The notes: a model not told the origin generated them from the sequence alone. Counted from the first letter of the whole stretch, positions 1 through 12,103 are shown. The stretch: DNA of 63,994 nt, filler included, from Octopus bimaculoides (GCF_001194135.2; 7 parts of 7 records of this genome joined end to end with filler, not necessarily neighbours in it), one strand, 5' to 3'. Translations and numbers: made by a program.

Positions 1-133
1 TTGGTCTTGTGCAGCAATTAAAAATCCTTCAGTCTCTGCTTTGAGTCCTGAGCTTCTCAGCCATTGCTGGGATTTTTCTCTGTCTATATATATACATATA
101 TATATATATATATGTATGTATGTATGTATGTAT

Positions 134-523
134 AGCTTTTGTTGGCACTCCGTCGCTTATGATGTCGAGGGTTCCAGTTGATCCGATCAATGGAACAGCC
201 TGCTCATGAAATTAACGTGCAAGTGGCTGAGCACTCCACAAACATGTGTACCTTTAACGTAGTTCTCGGGGATATTCAGCGTGACACAGTGTGACAAAGC
301 TGACCCTTTGAATTACAGGCATAACAGAAACAGGAAGTAAGAGTGAGAGAAAGTTGTGGTGAAAGAGTACAGCAGGGTTCGCCACCATCCCCTTGCTAGA
401 GCCTCATAGAGCTTTTAGATGTTTTCGCTCGATAAACACTCACAACGCCCACTCTGGGAATCGAAACCGCGATCCTAAGACCGCGAGTCCACTGCCCTAA
501 CCACTGGGCCATTGCGCCTCCAC
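134..523 (-). mobile_element. tRNA-derived SINE (family C)
   Basis: Reverse complement starts GTGGAGGCGCAATGGCCCAGTGGTTAGGGC...GGTTTCGATTCC (Pol III A and B boxes) followed by a ~300-bp body; flanked by (TATG)n/(TACA)n. Confidence 0.8.
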
Positions 524-1832
524 ATATGTATACATACATACATACATACATACATACATACATACATACATGCATATACAAGTATGAATCACTAGTTATC
601 CATTATGCATTTTCAGTTTACATCAGTGACAATTTTTTCCAAGAAGGCATCATCTTTATTTTAGCAATTCAAAAATGGCTGACAAATTTTCCATAATATT
701 TTCTTTGAGGAATTGTATGAGTCTTTTGGGACCCATCTTGCATGGCTTTAAGCCAATCTGTTATGGATGATTTTGTAAGCAGAACCATAACTAATTTGCA
801 TATTATTTGCCAGTTCATCAATAGCATACCTCTATTAAAAGAAAATCATGTCACAAATGCATATATGGGCAGGTTTTTTAATGCATGACATTCATGCAGC
901 AATTTTTGAAATTTCCTATCCATTCATAGACAGTATGTAGCAGCAAAACAATGTTTTCACACTGTGCTGAAAGCCTTCAGGCCCGGAAATACTTTTAGCC
1001 CACCAGAAAACAGATCACTGAACATTGCTCTTCTCTTAAGCAGACAGAAAGTGAAGCAGCCATGGTTAATGCAAATACAATGGCAACTTAATTGATGTTT
1101 AAAGTTTTAACCTGCTTAGCAGAGACTAGAAGGAGACCCCATCTAGTGATACATATGCAACAAATTTCTGCGTCGATATATGTAATGTATGTATGTATGT
1201 ATGTATGTATGTATGTATGCATGTATGTATGTATGCATGCATGTGTGTATGTGAATATGTATGCATCTAGGTATGACGTGTGTGTGTGTGTGTNNNNNNN
1301 NNNNNNNNNNNNNNNNNNNNNNNNNNNNNNNNNNNNNNNNNNNNNNNNNNNNNNNNNNNNNNNNNNNNNNNNNNNNNNNNNNNNNNNNNNNNNNNNNNNN
1401 NNNNNNNNNNNNNNNNNNNNNNNNNNNNNNNNNNNNNNNNNNNNNNNNNNNNNNNNNNNNNNNNNNNNNNNNNNNNNNNNNNNNNNNNNNNNNNNNNNNN
1501 NNNNNNNNNNNNNNNNNNNNNNNNNNNNNNNNNNNNNNNNNNNNNNNNNNNNNNNNNNNNNNNNNNNNNNNNNNNNNNATATATATATATATATATACAT
1601 GTATATATGAATAAATATATGAATAAATATGTATAAGGAAACCATATACAATATGTTTAATAAACATATATTTATCCACAGGTTATTTAAGAGATTTTCT
1701 TTTTCCACATTTGTTCCTAACTGTGCTACAGTGATACTTTTGTTATTGTATGTCTGTTTGTGTGTATACATGTAACTGTGTGTATCTGTATATGTGTATG
1801 CATGTGTGTATGTGTGTATGTGTTTGAGTACA

Positions 1833-1884
<52 letters not shown>

Positions 1885-2189
1885 TGTGTGTGTGTGTGTA
1901 GGGGGAGTCATTGTGTGCATGGTGTGTAAATATATATATACAAAGACAGTTACGCATAGATATATATTATTAATTTGCAGATATTTAATGTAGCTTTTGA
2001 AAAAAAAAAAGAAATCAATAACTAGGATCTCTTGTTATTGTTAGAAACTCTATATTATTCATGTTTCTTCTTGCCAATGAAAGAAAAACATGTTTCGTCT
2101 TGCACTCAGAAGTTAGGTTATTTTTTACATATGTTCATTTCTGTACTAAAATAAGTCAATATGACACACACACACGCACACACACACAC

Positions 2190-2254
<65 letters not shown>

Positions 2255-2270
2255 AACAAGCAAACATACA

Positions 2271-2567
2271 TATTTACATTATTTACATTATTTACATTTG
2301 ACGGATATTCGTCCTCATCTTGTTTGTTGTTAACACAACGTTTCGGCTGATATACCCTCCAGCCTTCGTCAGGTATGTATGTATGTATGTATGTATGTAT
2401 GGTGTCTTGGGGAAATTTCGAACCTGGGTTCTCATTCCTATCGATGTTACTATTATTATTATTATTATATTATTATTATTACTATTATTAATATTATTAA
2501 TCAGGTCGCTGCCGTGAATCGAACTCGGAACCTTGGGGTTAGTAGCCCGCGCTCTTAACCACTACGC
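2271..2567 (-). mobile_element. tRNA-head + hammerhead-tail SINE-like element, left inverted copy
   Basis: Reverse complement of 2587-2860 apart from a 29-nt (GTAT)n insertion at 2375-2403, a 6-nt shorter (TAA)n tract and one substitution. Confidence 0.85.
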
Positions 2568-2577
2568 TCTTAACCAC

Positions 2578-2886
2578 GGGCATATGGCGTAGTGGTTAAG
2601 AGCGCGGGCTACTAACCCCAAGGTTCCGAGTTCGATTCACGGCAGCGACCTGATTAATAATATTAATAATAGTAATAATAATAATATAATAATAATAATA
2701 ATAATAATAGTAACATCGATAGGAATGAGAACCCAGGTTCGAAATTTCCCCAAGACACCTGACGAAGGCTGGAGGGTTTATCAGCCGAAACGTTGTGTTA
2801 ACAACAAACAAGATGAGGACGAATATCCGTCAAATGTAAATAATGTAAATAATGTAAATAATTTCTCATCTCTTAAATATAGAACT
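2578..2886 (+). mobile_element. tRNA-head + hammerhead-tail SINE-like element (family E), right copy
   Basis: Head TGGCGTAGTGG (A box)...GAGTTCGATTC (B box), then (TAA)n, then an HHR-like fold at 2754-2799 and an (AATGTAAAT)3 tail. Confidence 0.8.
2754..2799 (+). ncRNA. Minimal type-I hammerhead ribozyme-like motif
   Basis: GACAC-CTGACGA-A-GGCTG(N10)CAGCC-GAAA-CG-TT-GTGTT: stem I 5 bp (one G-U), CUGANGA core, 5-bp stem II, GAAA, palindromic AACGTT in place of helix III, GUU triplet. Folded by eye. Confidence 0.65.
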
Positions 2887-3723
2887 GAAACATACATATA
2901 TATGCATAAATATACATGCACACATACATATGTGTGTGTGTGCGTGTATGTATATAGATGCATGCATATATATGTATGTGTATCTATATTTGTGTGGATA
3001 ATGCAGATCTGTGTGGTTTTTATTTCTTTTGTAACATATGACAGGATTATAACATAAATTCTTATCAAATTCCTTTTGACAAACAAACTTGAGTTGAATT
3101 GCAATCATTATCTTATGAACTCATTGTCAGCAATCTATCAAAATAACAAGGCCCATTGACAGCAATTAAAATTATTTAATGACTTCTGCTTTTCATGTGG
3201 ATGATTTTTGTGAATTCTTTATGATAAATGCCATGTTACATCTTTTTATATTCAAGCTAATTGACTGGTTAGATCCTATAATGCTAAGGATAATCATTAG
3301 GGTACTGTTTTGTAGGATGTCTTCAGTACTAAAACCACTGGTAGTATATGAAATGTTAATGAATTGTATACTAATGGATATGCTAATGTTAATGTTAATG
3401 ATTTGTGTGGACTTTTAGTCTTGTACTAGTTTCAGTTACTGGACCAAGGCCAGCGAGAGTACTGACAACTTGGGTTTCAGTCAATTATGTGGAGAGAAAA
3501 AGAAGAGATATACAAGAGATATGTATGTTGTAAATTATTTGGAGAAAGTGAGTTGTGAGAGACAGTCTTAAATAATGTGGACTCACATGATCTCCAATCA
3601 CAATTAAGTTTATCTCTGGCAAGAGATAGAACTGTAGCCTTATATAACAGAACATCGAATGTTCTCAAACTTCCTACTCATATTTTGGCATGGTCATTTA
3701 AGTGATTCCTTTGATGTCTACCT

Positions 3724-5232
3724 CCTCATCATCATCATTATCATCATCATCATCGGCTAACATTTGTTTTCCATGCTGGCATGGGGTGGATAGTTTGACT
3801 GAGTTCAGCCAGCAGCTGCACAAGGCTGTTATCTGATCCAGTAATGTTTTTACAGCTGGATGTCCTTCCTAACGCCAACCACTCTGACAGTGTAGTGGGT
3901 GCTTTTTACATGTCACTGGCACAGGAACCAGTCAGGTGGGCCTGGCACTGATCACATTCGGATAATGCTTTTTACATGTCACTGGCACGGGAGCCAGTCA
4001 GTGGGTACTGGCATCAGCCACATTTGGATGGTGCTTTTCACGTGTCACCAGCACAGGAGCCAGTCAGGCAGCCCTGGATTCCATCATGTTTTGATGGTGC
4101 TTTTTACGTGCCACCAGCATGGGAGCCAGTCAGTGGGGTACTAGCATCGGCCACATTCTAATGGTGCTTTTTACGTGCCACCGGCATGGTAGCCGGTCAT
4201 GGGACACTGGCATCGTCAACATTCGGATGATACATTTTACATGCCACTGGAATGGGATTCAGTCAGGGGACACTGGCCACAGCTGCGATTTTGGTTTTAC
4301 TTGACTCAACAGGTCTTCTCAAGCATATCATATTGCCTGATGCATCAAAGGTACTCTTCAATGGGCTGGACATGCAACACTGGCATCGGCCATGGTTGTG
4401 ATCTCACTTTAGATGCCAGGTCTTTTCAATCACAGCATAACCCCAAAGGTCTTGGCCTCCTGTCATTGCATCTGTCCAGGCCCAATGTTCGGAAGTCATG
4501 CTTCACCACCTCATCTCATGTCTTCCTGGGTCTACCTCTTCCACAGGTTCCTTCCAAAGTTAGGGTGTGGCACTTCCTCACACAGCTGTCCTCATCCATA
4601 CGTAACACATGACCATACTAGTGCAGTTGTCCCTCTTGTACTCCACATTTGATGATTCTTATGTCCAACTTTTCTCTCAGGGCACTCACACTCTGTCGTG
4701 TTTGCACAGTGACATTACACATCCAGCGGATCATACTAGCTTCATTTCTTTCAAGCCTATGCATGTCCTCAGCAGTCATTGCCCATGTTTCACTGCCATG
4801 TAGCATGGTAGTTCACACACATGCATCATACAGTCTACCTTTCATCCTGAGGCCCTTTGTTGCCAGCAGAGGTAGGAGCTCCCTGAACTTTGCCCAGGCT
4901 CTTCTTATTCTAGCCACTACACTCTCAGAGCAACCACCCCAACTACAGACTTGGTCACCTATCAACAACTTCTAGTTTCTTCCCCTGGCATATAATGGAA
5001 TCTGTTTTCTGTACATCTTCAATATTTATTGCCCCTGTGCATCTGCCACACACAAAAATTATTTTCCCGGTTAACCTTCCTTTGATATTGCTGCACCTTT
5101 TATGTATCCATAGCTTACACCAGGTACATTGTATGGAGTTTCTACCCACACCTTTTCTACAGATCGAGCAGGGCAATCTACCTGAAGAGGTATGTGATTT
5201 GTCAGCCTTCCTACTTACTAAGACCTGTGTTT
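3724..5232 (-). mobile_element. 5'-truncated RTE-like non-LTR retrotransposon with PHD-type finger; degenerate
   Basis: Minus-strand frames CSICRKGVGRNSIQCTWCKLWIHKRCS...FVCGRC (C4HC3) and LHGSETWAMTAEDMHRLERNEASMIRWMC (RTE C-terminal region); 3' UTR with a tandem array and a (GAT)n tail at 3724-3753. Confidence 0.85.
3898..4290. repeat. ~66-bp tandem array (6 units) in LINE 3' UTR
   Basis: Recurring GTGCTTTTTAC(A/G)TG(T/C)CAC(T/C)(G/A)GCA..GGAGCCAGTCAG at ~3899, 3966, 4030, 4096, 4163 and 4229. Confidence 0.85.
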
Positions 5233-7041
5233 TATTATAGACACCACAAAATGTGATTAGCTGTAATATATTCCAGTAGATGTGTTGCTTATTTACATGG
5301 GTAGTCTATTCCTTGCTATGTTAAAATGACCAAATATGGTAATACTAGCCAACTCATTGATCCAGATTTAAACAAAGATACCATAAGCTCAATCTCAAGG
5401 GGGATCTGCTATATAAAGAAATATGTTGTCTTGTTGGTGTGATTTGGAGGAAGAGGAAGTGACTAGAGTTTTCGCAGGCTCTCAGACACTAATGAAAAAT
5501 ATTTATCATTGAGCTAGCATATTTCTTATTTACAACTAAGGGATGTGAGCCAGTGGGAGTTAATTGTCTTTTCTACAGAGAGAACAGCTCTGATGATGGC
5601 CCATAAATCACTGAAGCAAATGTTTATGAGAAAGAAATTCTGAAATAACATCTGCCTCATTGTGAAGCCAGAGATCTTACTCTTGCTTGTTTCTGAACTA
5701 CTTGACTTTGTAAGTGAGAATTTTAGCAGTGGTGTACAAGCTATCATTGACTTTAAATTGCTGCTCAAGAATTGCTGACAGCCATTGTCTTTAACATCAA
5801 GGATAAGAAAATTTGTCTGTGGTGACCGTACTTATTTACAAGTCAACAGCCACTTTGTATGTATGTATGTATATATGTATATATATGTGCATGTGTGTAT
5901 GTGCATGCATGTATATGCATGTGTGTGTGTGCAAGCAAGCATGTGTGTGTGTGTGTGCATGTGTGCGTGTATGCACACATGTGCATGACTGTGTTTGTTT
6001 ACATATGGGCTCTGCAAAAATTGCTCGCTGCAAGTAGTGTTGTTGTAGTCACTTGCAGAAGGACATCTGGCTATAGAATACTGCTTCATAAGATTTGCCC
6101 AACATATGCCAACATGGAAAAAGTAGACATAAAAGCAATAATGACGAACAAAATGCTGTATTTCTATTTCTTATTTACAGTACCTTGCTTTATTTACTTA
6201 ATAAATACAATACATTAAAAAACATTTTTTGTGAACAAGAGAATATTCAACAATAACAGCCTCTTGAATCCCCAATGTTGCTACTACTTGGAAAGTTTAC
6301 TGTATTAATAAATAAGTTTATCATCTTGGATAAGTTGTATACAATGGGGAGAAGAATAAATAATATTTCCAGACTGTCTCTTTATCTGAGACATTGAAGA
6401 AAAAATATTCAAAATTATAAAAGAATTCTTTCTTTCCCTCTCTCTGTCTCCCTTTCTCTCTGTCTCCCCTTCCCTCCATTTCCCTCCCTCTCACTCCTCT
6501 CTCAGATTAAGGGTCAGCCTTGATACATCAGTTTTTTTTTTCCACCTAAAGCAGACAAACTTTTTCCACCAAGGGCAAATAAACTTATCAAAAACTCAGG
6601 AACTTCACTGTATAATTTTTGCTGATGCAGACTGCCATGCCTACAACTAAATTAGTGCTAATTAAAAAACATCTCCCCTGGTCAGTAATGAGCATTATTG
6701 CATTTCCATTAATTCTGTCTCTCTTTACAAAATATTTCTGATCAAGCTAGCTTAATTGACAAGATTTCCTTTCTACAAATCAGTAAAATTTGTCAGGAAT
6801 AGAAAAAGAAAGAAGAAAATACAATATATAAATATAATAAAACTAAAAAATTGTTCTAAATTTTTCTAAAATTTTTTTGTTTTTACCCCTAATTAATTTG
6901 TGAAAATATGAAATCAAGATTAAATGGAAAACAAAATCTTGTACAAATTTTGAAAATTCTGTCAAATTACATTCTAAGTCATTTTTAACATTTTGATTTT
7001 TATTTCTTAAATGTTTCATAATAATTCTTCTGGCTATAAAA

Positions 7042-7223
7042 TGGCTGTATGGTTCAGAAGTAGTTCCAGGTTTGATCTCATTGCATTGCACCTTGGGCAA
7101 ATGTCTTTTACTGCAGATCCAGGCAACCAATACTTAGTGATTAAATTTGGTGAATGGAATCTGTAAAAGCCTGTCACATATATGTATATGTGTAATATAT
7201 ATGCATGTGGTGTGTGTGCATGT

Positions 7224-7291
<68 letters not shown>

Positions 7292-7560
7292 ATGTGCGTG
7301 CGTGCGTGTGTGCGTGCGTGTGTGTGTGTGTGTGTGAATATTCACATTCTGCACTTTGCAATGAAAATCTTAGAGCTTTCAATGGTTAGGTTTGTTAACA
7401 TAGCTCTCTGCTGTGTTATCATCCAGTGGCCCTGTGCTTTTCATGATGAATGGAATGAAAACTTCTTGACTTGAAATACAAGTAAGGGTTAACAACAAGG
7501 ACATCTGGCTGTAAAAAGCAATGCCTCAATATGTATTCATCCAACCCATGCTAGTTAGGT
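7042..7560 (+). mobile_element. SINE family A 5' half + (GT)n + LINE-like 3' tail (diverged composite)
   Basis: TGGCTGTATGGTT...CACCTTGGGCAAATGTCTT matches family A; the 3' part AAGGACATCTGGCTGTAAAA...CAACCCATGCTAG matches the tail of the 3724-5232 LINE. Confidence 0.65.
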
Positions 7561-7647
7561 TGAAAAATGAAAAATGTATATAAAAGCAAACAAATCAACA
7601 AATGAATAGTTATGACTATGATTCAGCAGAAACAGTTGAATGCAGGA

Positions 7648-7689
<42 letters not shown>

Positions 7690-8309
7690 AACAGTATTTA
7701 GTTCTTTCCTTTTACATCCTGAATTCACATGCTGTTGTTGACTTTGACATTTCTCAATCTTGAGAAATAATATAAATTACAGAGGCTACTTCTCTCNNNN
7801 NNNNNNNNNNNNNNNNNNNNNNNNNNNNNNNNNNNNNNNNNNNNNNNNNNNNNNNNNNNNNNNNNNNNNNNNNNNNNNNNNNNNNNNNNNNNNNNNNNNN
7901 NNNNNNNNNNNNNNNNNNNNNNNNNNNNNNNNNNNNNNNNNNNNNNNNNNNNNNNNNNNNNNNNNNNNNNNNNNNNNNNNNNNNNNNNNNNNNNNNNNNN
8001 NNNNNNNNNNNNNNNNNNNNNNNNNNNNNNNNNNNNNNNNNNNNNNNNNNNNNNNNNNNNNNNNNNNNNNNNNNNNNNNNNNNNNNNNNNNNNNNNNNNN
8101 NNNNNNNNNNNNNNNNNNNNNNNNNNNNNNNNNNNNNNNNNNNNNNNNNNNNNNNNNNNNNNNNNNNNNNNNNNNNNNNNNNNNNNNNNNNNNNNNNNNN
8201 NNNNNNNNNNNNNNNNNNNNNNNNNNNNNNNNNNNNNNNNNNNNNNNNNNNNNNNNNNNNNNNNNNNNNNNNNNNNNNNNNNNNNNNNNNNNNNNNNNNN
8301 NNNNNNNNN

Positions 8310-8330
<21 letters not shown>

Positions 8331-8341
<11 letters not shown>

Positions 8342-8560
8342 CTTGTGTGTCTGTGTTTGTCCCCCCACCATCGCTTGACAACCGATGCTGGTGTGTTTAC
8401 ATCCCTGTAACTTAGCGGTTCAGCAAAAAGTGACCGATAGAATAAGTACTAGGCTTACAAAGAATAAGTCCTGGGGTTGATTTGCTCGACTAAAGGTGGT
8501 GCTCCAGCATGGCTGCAGTCAAATGACTGAAACAATTAAAAGAGTAAAAGAGAGTAAGAG
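8331..8560 (+). mobile_element. SINE family A, 3' half (5' end in gap)
   Basis: GTAACTTAGCGGTTCAGCAAAA...GGTGCTCCAGCATGGCTGCAGTCAAATGACTGAAAC...(AAGAGTA)n, shared with 41355-41724 and 62421-63086. Confidence 0.85.
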
Positions 8561-8962
8561 GAAATTAATGTCAAGTCAGTGTCTATCTAGCAATAGCACA
8601 GGAACTTAGAAATTATGGATTTGTGTATGATGTCAGTAGAGAAGCACCCTTTGGCTGTGGTTAAAGTTTGTCTCTAGAAAAAGCAATATTGTATCCTCAG
8701 ACACACTAGCATTACAACATGGCAGATACTTTTGGCTTAGCAGCCTTTGAAGGCTAAGAAAAGGACAATTTTGAGCATAACTCATCACTATCTATGATAG
8801 TCTGAAGAGGCAAAGGCTAAAGGAGTCAGCTCTGGCAATAAATTAGGACTGAGAAAAACTCTGGTCCCAATGCCCTAAATCATTCTGAAAAGAGCCTCAA
8901 GATACAGCAACAAATCGGTTGTGTCTGAAGCCCCAATACTCAGCCATGTGGATAGGAATCAG

Positions 8963-9297
8963 AGACCCCCTTCGGTCACAAATGACCATGGGATTGCACC
9001 TAGAAAGTTACCCTCTGAGGCACAAGTCTGGGCAAGGTTGTTTATGGAAGACCAGCAGTCGTCCATGCATACCAGCCTCCCTTCTCCACACCACCGATGT
9101 CATCCAAGGGAAAGGCAAAGGCCGATACAGCTTGGTACCAGTGACGTCGCAACTCATTCCTACAGCTGAGTGAACTGGAGCAACGTGAAATAAAGTGTCT
9201 TGCTCAAGAACACAGCATGCAGTCCAGTCCGAGATTTGAACTCTCAACCCCACGGTTGTAAGTTCGATGCTCTAACCACTGGGCCATGCACCTTCAC
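8963..9297 (-). mobile_element. tRNA-derived SINE (family B)
   Basis: Reverse complement GTGAAGGTGCATGGCCCAGTGGTTAGAGC...GAGTTCAAATC; aligns along its length with 53656-54008. Confidence 0.85.
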
Positions 9298-10699
9298 AGA
9301 TGAGAATACTCATTCATTTAATACCCCACAAATGTGTGGTTGTGTACCATAGAGGAGAAATCATCACTGATATTATTGAAATGCATAGTGGGTAGGTAGA
9401 TTTAGTGGAGCATCAAACAAAAAATCTTATATTTCCTTCAGTCTTTTTACTAAGTTCAAATCTTTCTAAGGTCACCATTATTTTTCATTATTCTAGGGTC
9501 AATAAAATAAAGAACCAAACAGGTACTGGGGTTGATAAAAGAAAGTGCCATTCAAATTCTATGGTTGTACTTGTACTTATAAAATAAAGTTCCGTCAAGT
9601 GCTTGGTCAATAAAACAAAGTACAAATGAAGTACAGAGTTGATAAAATACAGTACCATAAAATAACAGTCAAGTATTAAGACCATAAAGTACCAGTCAAG
9701 TACTGGGATCAAGATAATCACCTATACCATTTCCAAAATTTGAACCCATGCACCTATGTCAGAAATTATAATTATCATTCAATTTAAGCGGTGCCAAATA
9801 TCTTGAGAATATTGCACTTTATTGCACCAACACATACTCAGATATTTCCCAAACAATTTGTTAGAACAGATAATTTTCTAGTTTTTTTTTTTTATGCAAG
9901 AAGTATTTTACTACACTTGTTAGATATATAAAATTTTGTCTTATTGTATCCAACTTTATGTCAAATCTCCTAAGAATTATTAACTTGCTGACTTCAAAAG
10001 AGACTCGAATAGTTTGGGGATGAGATTCTACCACTTCTTCAATGTGCAAAATGCCAAAATTTCTACTGTAAGCTGGCAGATCTGTCAGAAATATGAAAAT
10101 TTGGCCATTTTTTCCTGCTTAGAAAGTGTCAAATATCTTGAGAATTACTATTTACTTTGTTGCATCCAAATATACTTAACCATTTCACTTGCAATTTTTA
10201 GAATAGACAATTTTCCAGTTTTTTCATGTGAAAATTCACAATTTTCACAAATCCCAAAGCTGTTTGAAATTTGAAAATTTATCTCTTTTAATGTAAAAAG
10301 ACTTCAGGGACCAGATTAGGATATGAGTTAAGAGAGAATTGATGGGAGTCATTATCAAAAATAGGTGGCGGATTTCACTAAAAGTTTTTAAGAAATGAAG
10401 AAACAGCCATTTGTTTTAGCAAAGTGTTAGCTGTAGATAATAACAGACTAGAAGAGGAACTAATACATCATTTAGAAGAGGTGCTTTGAAGAGGCATTGA
10501 AAGCAATATGGTAGCAATGTAAATGACTCTTGAACTTAGCTTTGAAACAAAACATGAAGGATGTATTATTCAAGCTAATGCAAGGGCACTGAAGAGTTAT
10601 TCATTGAGCCTATATGGCAGACACACAATGTGGCAACATAGCTACGATTCAGTCTTTGATGAAATAGATATATTTTTTTAATGGCTCTTTGTTAAACTG

Positions 10700-10930
10700 T
10701 TTTCAGTAAGTGATTACTGGAGGAAGTGAACCTAAATGCCTACCTTGATGGTTTGTTGCAAGTCTTGAACAGAGAGGTAGAGTACTGCATAAAGATGATT
10801 TCAGCTGATGAAGTGCAGTATGTTCTGAACCACTTAGTGAAGGGTAAATCACTTGGTTTGGAAGTTCTGTTCAATGAGATCCATTTCCACATTCCAAACT
10901 TCATTCACTATCAGCCATTTCCTGCAGCTA
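10700..10930 (+). mobile_element. Possible degenerate non-LTR ORF2 fragment
   Basis: ISADEVQYVLNHLVKGKSLGLEVLFNEI resembles the pre-RT 'I..EV...L..L..GK.pG.D.+..E' segment; no catalytic RT motifs seen. Confidence 0.35.
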
Positions 10931-11876
10931 GCAGCAGAATGCAAGCATCTCCTGTTGAGCTAAGGAGTGGTAACATTTTTGAGAAAGAACCTGAAGAAGG
11001 AAAGTTTAAGACCCATAAACTACTTGTTAAAGATTTTAACAAAAATGCTTGCCAGAAGGTTGGCATTTGTTGTTTGTTGGAGACATGCAAACATGTGTGA
11101 GCCCTTGTAGATCTATCTATGACAATCTCTACTTCATGTTATACATCATCAATTAATAAAAAAAAATAGAGGTAAATTGTCAGAATCCTTAGAACATTGG
11201 ATAGCATTTGTTCCAGTTCTTTTCAATTAGAATTCAAATCCCACTAAAATCAACTTTGCTTTTCATCCTCCTAGGGTCAATAGAATATGATACTAAATTA
11301 TATTTATAGATTGGCAGAATTATTAGAGCATTGGATAAAATTTTTTGTGGTTCTCATTTTAGTTCTTTGCATTCTAAGCACTCTGGCAGATATAACAAAC
11401 TTGTCTGCATCTAACCAACAAAATAGTGTCTTGCAAATAATTTTTGAATGACAGCAAGAAGAAACCACCTTCATATTCTTTCAAAAAAAAATTCATGACT
11501 ACATCATAGTACTTGTCAATGAAGTCACCAAGGGATGTTCATTTGTCTGATGATGCAAAAAGAAAGAAGAGTGATTGAAAGGCAATATCAATCTAAGTGA
11601 GATATAGACTTGGAATGTAGAGGAAACAATACTGTTAAACATTTCGTCTGGTATTGCTTTTATTTAGTCAAAGGAGAAAGGGTATCGTCATGATAATTTC
11701 CAGAGTTACCAAGACAGATGGGAGGACAGGAGAAAATTATTCTCAGACCAGTGATCTGACCTGAATTCTTACAACTGAGTGCACTGAGCTAAAGACATTA
11801 CTCCAAACCAGAGGTTCTCAAACTTTTTGAGCCACTACCCCCCACCCTCATGGCCACTTAATACCCCCAGTGTCCC

Positions 11877-12096
11877 CAACCACATGGTTCCAGGTTCAGT
11901 CTCATTGTGTCGCACCTTGGGCAAGTGTCTTCTACTATAGCCTCGAGCCAACCAAAGCCTTGTGAGTGGATTTGGCAGACGGAAACTGGAAGAAGCCAGT
12001 TATGTATATATATATGTATATGTTTGTGTGTCTGTCTTTGTCTCCCCACCATCACTTGACAACCGATGTTGGAGTGTTTACATCCCTGTAACTTAG
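11877..12096 (+). mobile_element. SINE family A, truncated at GTAACTTAG by a later insertion
   Basis: Family A sequence from CAACCACATGGTTCC to CCCTGTAACTTAG; the usual 3' part is absent. Confidence 0.8.
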
Positions 12097-12103
12097 GTGT
12101 AAC

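Noticed and set aside
3898-4290. CRISPR-like repeat-spacer array
   Set aside because: The whole unit is homologous (no unique spacers), the context is a eukaryotic LINE UTR, and there are no cas genes.
8781-8815. CTGAAGAGGC...GGCTAAAG as a hammerhead
   Set aside because: GAAA is missing and stem I cannot be formed.
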